A DNA stretch of 64,000 nt. It comes from Eledone cirrhosa (lineage: Eukaryota). The notes under the pieces are model-generated. The model made no database searches. It worked only from the letters and a program-made list of their open reading frames with translations, and had not been told where the DNA came from. Every line of letters starts with the position of its first letter. Within the stretch, counting starts at the first letter, position 1. The translations under genes were made by a program, and so were the position numbers. Where the stretch lies: positions 194,060,001 through 194,124,000 of the forward strand of contig OZ024740.1 of NCBI GenBank assembly GCA_964016885.1, read 5' to 3'. This document shows, piece by piece, positions 55,095-64,000 of the stretch.

Positions 55095-57695
55095 AACAAA
55101 GAGAAACATTACTTTCCTTTAGACCCATCGAAAAATCGGATATAGGTAGAATTAGCAAGTATATACTAGATAGAATAATACCACAAATTAAAGACAAACT
55201 AATAATTAAGCTTTGGGGTAACACTAACGAAGCAATAGATTGGTTTAGCAAATTAGACAATAAAGAAACATCCGACCTCATACAGTTTGACATAAATGAC
55301 TACTACTCCTCTATTTCCCCAGTCACCCTAAATAAGGCACTAACCTTTGCACAGAAAAACTCGGACCTATCCTCTGATGAAATTAGAATAATACTAGCTG
55401 CTAGAAGAACTCTCATTAGGTTCGATAATAGTTACTGGGAAAGAAAAAACAGAGAGAAAATCTTTGATATCACTATGAGATCTAACGACTCAGCTCAAGT
55501 AACAGACATGGTTGGAATATATATATATAGCACATATCTTACATAAGGAATTTGATAACCTCCAGGGAGGAATTTATAGAGACGATACACTACTTTTAGC
55601 TAAGCACTTTAATAATCAAAACTTGGAAAGATTACGTAAAAAGATTAGAACCCTCTTCAATAGACTAGGCTTAAGCATCACTTTCGAACTCAATTCTAAA
55701 AAAGCTAACTTCTTGGATATATCACTCAACCTAAACACAGGACTAATAGAGTCCTTCCATAAAAATAACGAAAATGTAGCATACATTAGTTATAACTCAA
55801 AACACCCTCGCTCGATAATTAACTCCATAGCACATAGTATATGCCTTAGCATTTCACGCTTATCTTCTAACCTAGAGAGATTTAATGAACACACAAACTA
55901 CTACAACATAGCTTTACTTATGGCAGATCACAAAGAGAGGCACAAATACACACTTAACAACAATAACAGCACCCACACCTATAGAAATAACAAATATAGG
56001 ACTAAACATAGAAATAGACAACGCGCACCAGAAATAAATGAACCGATTACTAATTTAAGGTCCCCTAGGAACTATAGATAATCCAGAGATTGGAAATACT
56101 TATGGTTCAATCCAATATGTAACTCCTCTATACAAACCAGACTACCTTCTACATTCTTTAAATTAATTGACAAGCACTTCACAAATCCCATAACATCTTT
56201 AATAGAAATACTATCAAACTATCTTACTCTACTGCAACCAACGTAGAATCACACATATATAAAATTAACTATAAAAGAATCTCTAATGAAAATAACCTAC
56301 AAACAAACACCATAACACCATATACAAAACACAAACGCATAACAACATCGCAACCACACACACGTCAGAACGCATCACAACAGAACATCAACAAATCCAA
56401 ATCTCAGCCCATACATAACAACATATAAAACCGTATCGATGAACCGGCACACAGGAAGGCCTCAAAATGTAACTGTCACTTACCGGATAAGTGCCCACTA
56501 CAAAATAGATGCCTGGAGTCAAATATAGTGTACCTGTGTACTATAAATTCAGGCAACTTAGCATGGCACTACATAGATTCTACGGCGGGGGAGTTAAAAA
56601 AAAAGACGGTACGTCCACAGATACTCTATAAAGAACTGTAAACTAACGAACACAACAACGCTTGCCAATAAAATATGGCAGCTTAAAGATACACACCAGG
56701 AATAGTGGATTAGCTGGTCGAAACTGTCAGGGGCAAAGGCCTACAAAAATGGAATATCCCATTGCCGACTTTGCAATATGGAGTTGCTCCATATTTTAAA
56801 ATATGACAAAATGCTGCTTAACAGCAAAATAGAACGGTCAATTTGCTGTAGGCATAAAGCAGCTACTAAATTCAAACTGTACCGCCTGAGTCTATTATAA
56901 TAACCCATTATTATTATTATTATTATTATTAACTGTCGAGGTTGACTTTGCCTTTCATCCTTACGGGGTCGATAAAATAAAGTACCAGTAATGCACTGGG
57001 TATTTGCTGGCCTTGTGCCTAAAGTAGAAACAATTATTATTAACTGTCAATAAAACAACTAATCACTGAATCAACATCATAACCTCCTAACTTTTCTTTC
57101 TTTCACTCTCTTTCCCTAAATCTATTTCACCTCTTCCATTATATCTTATCGTGTTCTCTTCACTTCTAACATAACTTCCAATTTATTAATTTATTAATTT
57201 AACCAATACATATATGTATATATTTAGAATTTTCATGTTTACACCATCACATCTTTATATTTTAACCACCACCACCACCACAACTGTTTTCAACAATTAT
57301 ATTATGTTCACTTTTCTTCACACGTATAATTTTTTTAATTTATTTTTCATCATCTTCATTCTAACTTATTTATTATTATTGATTTATTATTTTTATTTTT
57401 ATATATCTTTTTTCTTTTTCTCTTTTCTCTTTTCTCCTTTTTTCTTTTTCTCTCTCTTTTTTCTTTTTTCTTTTTCTTTCTCTATTACTGATGTTGTGAT
57501 TTGAATTTCCCTCGTATATTACAAACGCCGTGTATAATTTTAATCAGTTTTTCAGATGATTTGACTAAGCATACATTGTATTTAAAATTGAGTGACACAA
57601 CTTCAAGTGATTAGCAATTTTTAGGCAACTTAATCACTGAAATAATTGTTAATACTGTAAATAAAACGCTTTTTTCACTGTTGACCATGTTATTC
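55095..57695 (+). mobile_element. Degenerate Naiad-type PLE related to the 16.3 kb element, with a SINE in its 3' UTR
   Basis: LIQFDINDYYSSI, SNDSAQV, GGIYRDD, KCNC..CPL..C.ESNIVYLC, CRLC; degenerate HHR cagatga..gaaataattgtt at 57545-57657. Confidence 0.85.
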
Positions 57696-57898
57696 TTCAC
57701 TCTTTCACTATATACACATATATATATAATATGTAGAAAAGATAACACACGAGAGAGTGTGTGTGTGTGTTTATCAATATACAGGGAAAACCACCAGTGT
57801 AAGGAACATATAAACTACAAAAGGTGGGTGAGGTAGACGCATAATAATTAAAAATATAAATCAAAATGAATTTACCTACCTCTATAACTATATACATC

Positions 57899-57980
57899 AC
57901 ACACGTACAAACTCAAAGAAATTTGTTTAGACAAAAGATTAGTGAATGGAATGAAAACACTCAGGTTCATCAGCGTGTGT
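57899..57980 (-). ncRNA. Hammerhead-like motif with GAAA replaced by TAAA
   Basis: acacacg-CTGATGA-..-TAAA-caaattt..gagtttg-TA-cgtgtgt; 7-bp stems I and III, weak stem II. Confidence 0.55.
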
Positions 57981-58036
57981 TAAGTGAATACATTCCAGAC
58001 AACTCTAAGAAAACCTTAAGATGACTGCCTTGCAAC

Positions 58037-58555
58037 ACGTACTAAGAGTGAGAAAAGAAATTTCGTTTTCATTTTATTACAACTTATCGTTTTCGGTACG
58101 CCTGGCCGACATAACTCAATCGATATGCAAATTAGGCTGCTCAGCCGTTAATTTTCATAAGGAAAGTATATACTTTCGAACGTTCAACCATCTGGCAGAA
58201 GGGTATACGGTGCTGATGATAGCTAACAAGCTTGAAACTAGTACATCGTTCCTGTTTCAGTGTTGAACAAAAAGGTGATGTGGTTGCCTTAACACCGTAC
58301 GGCATAAATTCAGGCTGTTCAGTTTGTTTACAAACGAATAAAGCCGGCGTTATAATAAGCGTCCGCTAAACTGATACGTACATATATGTATGTGTACCTG
58401 TATGTAAATATATATAGATATATATATATATATATATGCATGCTACTGTACGTCTGTATACATATATGTATGTACGTATACATACATACTTACATTTAAG
58501 TAAGTGCCGTACTAAGAGTGAGAAATGAAATTTCGTTTTCATTTTATTACAACTT
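58037..58555 (+). mobile_element. Family A unit (about 1.1 copies); HHR at 58207-58249
   Basis: acggtg-CTGATGA-tagctaacaagctt-GAAA-ctag-TA-catcgt; the unit start is repeated at ~58510. Confidence 0.88.
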
Positions 58556-58585
58556 ATATATATATATCTATATATATATATATAT

Positions 58586-58754
58586 AGTAATAATAATAAA
58601 TTTGAAGACTAAAATCCAAAGTGGGCTCGATAAGGATAAATATATATCAGATATATAAGTACCGTAGAGCAAATCTTTATTAAAATAACAGATTAAATTT
58701 TAAGCAAAGAATCGCTGCTTTCACCCGATTCTCTGCTTAAACTTTAATCTGTTA

Positions 58755-58760
<6 letters not shown>
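58586..58760 (-). repeat. Naiad terminal-repeat fold-back fragment
   Basis: Matches 43420-43558 inverted, then a short forward piece ending ctgttattttaat. Confidence 0.85.
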
Positions 58761-58804
<44 letters not shown>

Positions 58805-58948
58805 TATATATATATGTGTGTGTATGTGTGTGTGCGTGTGTATATATATACATATATATATGTATATGTGTGTATGTATGTATGTGTGTATGTATACATA
58901 TATACCTCTGTGTATATATGTATGTATGTATAATTATGTGCATATATA

Positions 58949-58979
<31 letters not shown>

Positions 58980-59191
58980 TTATGTATCTATATATATATA
59001 TATTGTTTCTACTTTTGGCACAAGGCCAGCAATTATACCAGTGTATTACTGGTACTTAATTTTATCGATCACTAAGGATGAAAGGCAAAGTTAACCTCGG
59101 CGGGATTTGAACTCAGATCATAAAGGGCTGTAACTCTTTGCTGTAAAACATGACGTCCGACCCTCTACCGATACTGCCAATCTACCGCCCT

Positions 59192-59453
<262 letters not shown>

Positions 59454-59534
59454 AGTGGTTACACAACAGTTAGTTCACCATACCGAGAACAATTGTTTCA
59501 CCATAGCGGACCCTCAGCTTGTAAATCCGTATAT

Positions 59535-59569
<35 letters not shown>

Positions 59570-59681
59570 ACGTGTGGCTGTGTATGTATATGTATGTGTA
59601 TGTATGTGTGTGTATATGTATATATAGATATACATCTATATATATGTATGTATATCTATATATATATAGAGTGTCTGTGTA

Positions 59682-59726
<45 letters not shown>

Positions 59727-60205
59727 TAGCAAACATACCCGGCGTTGCCCGGGTGTATGTCTACCATTAGTAAATAATTTTTTTAAAGAGAAAACAACGT
59801 AGCACGAACCCCCATAAACATTTATATTTAACCATAAGCAGTATGTGTTGTTCGATGTAAAGACGGTAACATGTTATGGCATATGAAAGGCGAATGAGTA
59901 TAAAAGTGTGATGTTGACGCGGTGAAGCTCCAAACGCGAACTATGCCAGAAGGAAGTCAGCAGCCCAAAAGTGAGTCACGTGGAATTTATGACAATAATG
60001 TGGGATCTTTGGCAATTCAGGGACAGAAGTCGTTTTGGGATGACGGAGATAATGTATGACGACTTTGAGTGAAAATTACCAATGAGGTGGGTGCCATACG
60101 TTTGCTACAGTAGAAACATGTAGATTTCTCGTTATGCATTGCATATATGTATGCATTCTAATGATTTATGTAGTTTGAAATGCTTACCATTCTGTATAGT
60201 TGTAG

Positions 60206-60700
60206 ATGCCAATAGAAACTGACGTTGATTTCCTTAGACTGATTGCAGTGACACAGACCAAACATGAAGTACGCTCAATATTCCTCAACACAAATTCTGC
60301 ACCAACCTCGATTGCAAAAGTAACAGAGAATAACGAATAGCGATTATTACGCCAAAAGAAAAATACTGAAGCAACTTCTATTGCACGAGATGCAGAAAAC
60401 GAAACACAACGTTCGATGCGACAGCAAATAAATGCTGAGGCAACTGCTGCTGCTTGAGGTGCAGAAAACGATTCTCTACCCTCACTGCGACAGAAAGCAA
60501 ATATTGAGGCAACGTCTGTTGCAGGAGATGCAGAGAACGAACCACAGCGTTCATTACGGCGGCATAGAAATGCTGAGGCAACTTCCGCAGATCGAGCTGC
60601 ATCAACCGAAACAAAGTGTCAACTGTGGCAGCGAAGAACTGTGAGTCAATGTCTGCTGCACGCGCTGGCGAATCCATGGAAAACTGGCTCAATCAACCAG
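60206..60700 (+). pseudogene. Antisense ORF remnant with 23-aa (69 bp) STPR-like repeats inside the Helitron
   Basis: ENNE*RLLRQKKNTEATSIARDA / ENETQRSMRQQINAEATAAA*GA / ENDSLPSLRQKANIEATSVAGDA / ENEPQRSLRRHRNAEATSADRAA. Confidence 0.6.
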
Positions 60701-60866
60701 AGGGGAACGTGCATTTCAATACCGCGCAGCTCAAAGTGGTCACAACGTTTACAGTCGAAAAGTATGGTGTTATGAATTTCAAAAAGGCAGTATGTCTACA
60801 ATTTGGTAATTATTGAAAGCAGCGAGGTATTTGATTGTTAGAAGCCGGTTTGTGTCGCAGTGTTGA

Positions 60867-63800
60867 TTACAGAACTTCTTGGTACACAATGTTTGTGGTT
60901 TTACCGTTTGGAGCAAATGCATAAAGGTTTCTTTTGCTTCCCACTCTGGAACATACAACGTATAGCTGATTGTGAGAAAAGCATGGCTCTTCTAGGTTTA
61001 TTCCCGCGACGGAAAATGTTTGCCCCTGAGACTTATTTATCGTGATAGCGAAACTACAACGAACTGGAAACTGGAGCCTCCTAAATGAAAAGGGAATCTC
61101 TGATGTTGACGGACAAAGAGGAATACTTGGGATAAAAACATTTTCCTCCCTTCCACATCCCGAGAGAATCGTCGCCTCGAGCAAGTTTGGCGTTAGTTTA
61201 TTTACTGTAAGGCGGGTACCGTTGCAGAGTTTTGGTGGGTGTAAATTTCTCAAAAGCATAATTGGGCATCCTTGCTTAAGTTCCAATCGATGAGATGGCA
61301 ACCCGGAGGGGTTCAATGAGTTAAGAAACTCAATTCGGTAGTTAATGGGATCTGTGACAGTATCGATGGACTTATATGTACACGAAGCTGTAGGAAGAGA
61401 CTGAAGCAGTTGTCCGTTGATTGTGTAGACAATCTCATTTTTCGGAGACAGTATTGCCCGTTCGCACAGCCAGTTTGGATATTGGTAGTTAGTGCTCAAC
61501 TCAGGGGATACTGCATCTGTCAAGTCATCAGAACTGTCGACTAAAGTGCAGACCGGTTCGAGGGAGATTTTTTCATCTTCATCAAGTGGCACTTTGCCGT
61601 TTGCGTGTGTCAATAGGTTGGTAGCAAACTCTGATGACACTTGGTCACCAAGCATCCGAGCACTCATGTTCGTAGAGAGCGTTAATGTTGTGACATAACA
61701 CCAAAGGGGAGATGACTTTAAGCATGCTCGAATAGCATCATCCCTTGTTCCTTTGGGAATAACGGGGAGGGTTTGTCTAAAATCTCCGGATAAAAGGACA
61801 GTCACGCCTCCCATGGGATCCTTGGAGTCTCTTATGTCTCTTGAAATCCGGTCCAGTGCCTCCAAAGCTCCTTTATGAGCCATGGTACATTCGTCCCAAA
61901 CTATAAGTTCACACCTTTTAAGAAGTTCTGCCTTTTCTGATCCTTTGGTAATATTACAGCAGGGTGTGTCATTTGCTGTCATATTGAGGGGGAGTTTGAA
62001 GGCTGAATGTGCTGTCCTGTCCCCAGGAAGCAAGGTTGCTGCAATAGCGGAAGACGCAACAGCAAGTGCTATGTGTCTGTGTTGTCGAACCTTGTCAAGG
62101 AGAAGCCGTATGACAAAAGTCTTCCCTGTGCCTCCAAGGGCGTCCAAGAAAAAGATTCCTCCCGTACGACGGTGGACAGTCAGCAATAGTGTTATATGCT
62201 CGTTCCTGTACCTGCAGCAGCATTGGTTCATGCTCAGTGACATATGTAGCCAAGCTGTCAGTGTTGTAGGATAGTTCCGCAAGTATTTCTGCGGAAATGA
62301 CGTCGGAGCCTGTTCTGTTTGTTTGGGGCAGGCCATATGTCTGCAGTGCATTCCCACCCATTGCAGCAATCATATTTTCAATTTCAATAAGTGCTTTGTT
62401 GTATATTTCATCTGTGAAGCCTACTTTCATGTCAGGAAGTTGTAATTGTGCTTCATGTCTGAAGTCCTCAGAGAGGTCATCTCTGTACTTGAGCCACAAG
62501 AAGGAAGGATCGGGCAATTAACAAATGCACAGTAAGACAGCAAAAAGCTTCCTAAGGCTGTTTGGCATTTGTGAAACAACTGCTTCTGCCAAAGTGGCAT
62601 CCCACTGAGCACCATCTTCCAGTAGTCCACGCCTGAGGCAGGCCTCTCTGTACGTGTTGAAAATTTGGCCATCAACAGTTCTTAGGTGTTGAAAACTGGT
62701 TGGTCCTCTTACGTCATGGACAAGCATACGCAGGTAGTAACATTCTTGGTAGATGGGGGGCACTGGGTAAACTCGCGCCAGGCAGCTGTCAAAGTTAAAA
62801 TCTGAATGACCATCAACGCTTTCACCTTTGATTCTTGGCTTCCATGAATAGTTTTCCCATTTGTAGAAAGAGGGGACTTGGGGATACAGCAAAGTGCGAG
62901 CGAATGCGTCGCCTTGACATAGTTGAAAGAATGCAGTAAGAATTGTGTTCCTTGGTTGCAGACCCCTCAGAAAAGCTGTTTGTTTTGTATAGTATACTCT
63001 TTGGCCGTTTTCCAGGTGCACAGCAATGTATTGGACGGCAGGGTATCTTCTGTGCATTGAGAAACGGTAAATTCGCCAAAAGGCCTCGCTGGTACTTATA
63101 TATCGTGCTGATTGGTACTATGCAACTTCATCCCGTTTGTTTTCTTCTTTAAGCCCGAACATGGCGGCATCCGGGCCCTTATGTATATACTTGCAGACAT
63201 ATTTGATTGATTTAATAGAGTTACACCATTCAACATTTATATGGGAGTTGAACGCCTTGAGTAGTAATGGTCAGTACGGTACAATCCATCGGTTGTCAAT
63301 TTCATGTCTTCCAACCAGTGCTGTTAATCCTCCGTCCTCAGGGCATCTTCGTCTGCATGATGGGTATCCGTCATCAGCAGTTTGAGTTTCGCGAAGGAAG
63401 GCTCTTGGGTATTTTTTGGAGCAAATACCGTTGTTCAAACACGGAAGTTAGATTTGAAGCCACGTCCACAAGGACTGTGAACCATGTGCGCCGTAACCCT
63501 GTTAAATAGGGTTTTGTCAGTTTGCGGGTTTGGAAGCTCTGCGGATATAATCATGTCGATGTCGTCTACTCTGATTTTTTTCGACAACCAAATAAGAATG
63601 TGAGAATGGGTGAGTCCACGCTTCTGCCATTCAATAATGTACATGCAGTATTGCACACGTCCAAATGCCTGGCCCTTTGTGATAAGGTCCATTAGTTTGT
63701 ATACTTTTAGCTCGAAGACTCTGGATGAGAGGTCATGGCGACCTCTGGGTTGTTGTCCGGGAAGGAGTTCATGGGCAATTTCTTGCCACGAAGGATTGCA

Positions 63801-63917
63801 TATAAAAGTAATAAGTAGGTTTGGTTTGCCGTACTCGCGCACATACGTCATCGCGTCCTGGGTTCTACTGGGCTTGGCCTCAAACAGGAACATTCCAGGT
63901 GTACAACTCATGGTCAT
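60867..63917 (-). pseudogene. Helitron RepHel (HUH Rep + Pif1-family helicase), frameshifted
   Basis: GGTGKTF, IVWDECTM, GDFRQTLPVI, LCNGTRL, QFPV..FAITINKSQGQT across ORFs 63435-63917, 62518-63057, 62095-62517 and 60867-62369. Confidence 0.93.
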
Positions 63918-64000
63918 TTGAGACCAAAGGGAGACTTTGCCCTATATATATATACAGAGAGATATAGATATATATATACACATATATTCATATATATAAA

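Larger units (their letters stand above)
59726..63968 (-). mobile_element. Helitron, probably internally deleted; 3' terminus clear, 5' terminus tentative
   Basis: 3' end: hairpin acccgggcaacgccgggt (59737-59754) then ..CTAG|T; putative 5' A|TC at ~63968; Rep motifs YGKPNLLITF.CNP, EWQKRGLTHSH, KYVCKYIHKG. Confidence 0.9.

Noticed and set aside
60867-62369. Host PIF1 helicase gene
   Set aside because: Intronless, frameshifted, joined to HUH Rep motifs and bounded by a Helitron hairpin+CTAG end

Overview
AT-rich animal (eukaryotic) DNA that is almost entirely repeats; no host gene is confidently identifiable. The SINE cores and long (TA)n tracts resemble octopod cephalopod DNA (inference). 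Contents: four R4/Dong-type RLE LINE pieces, RTE and CR1 LINE fragments, tRNA-headed and Meta-core SINEs, several Penelope-like elements (PLEs; mostly Naiad-type YRDD RT + GIY-YIG, one Neptune-type) and a Helitron with a clear 3' end and a probable 5' end. The main signal the ORF track misses is RNA structure. By eye there are more than 20 type I hammerhead ribozyme (HHR) motifs from about ten sequence families, nearly all next to (TA)n tracts and often in fold-back (inverted) form. The standout is a head-to-tail array of seven ~460-500 bp non-coding units (44.0-48.9 kb). Each unit carries a minimal HHR, an ATGCAAAT octamer and an internal (TA)n, i.e. a retrozyme-like, potentially circRNA-producing element. 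This unit occurs four times in the same relative orientation next to one Naiad PLE family whose own HHR has a fixed non-canonical CAGAAGA core. Other points: HHRs with ~50-105 nt stem II, a two-fixed-endpoint fold-back signature across PLE families, a 5'-inverted RTE and an antisense 23-aa-repeat (STPR-like) ORF inside the Helitron. All folds and alignments were done by eye and coordinates are approximate.
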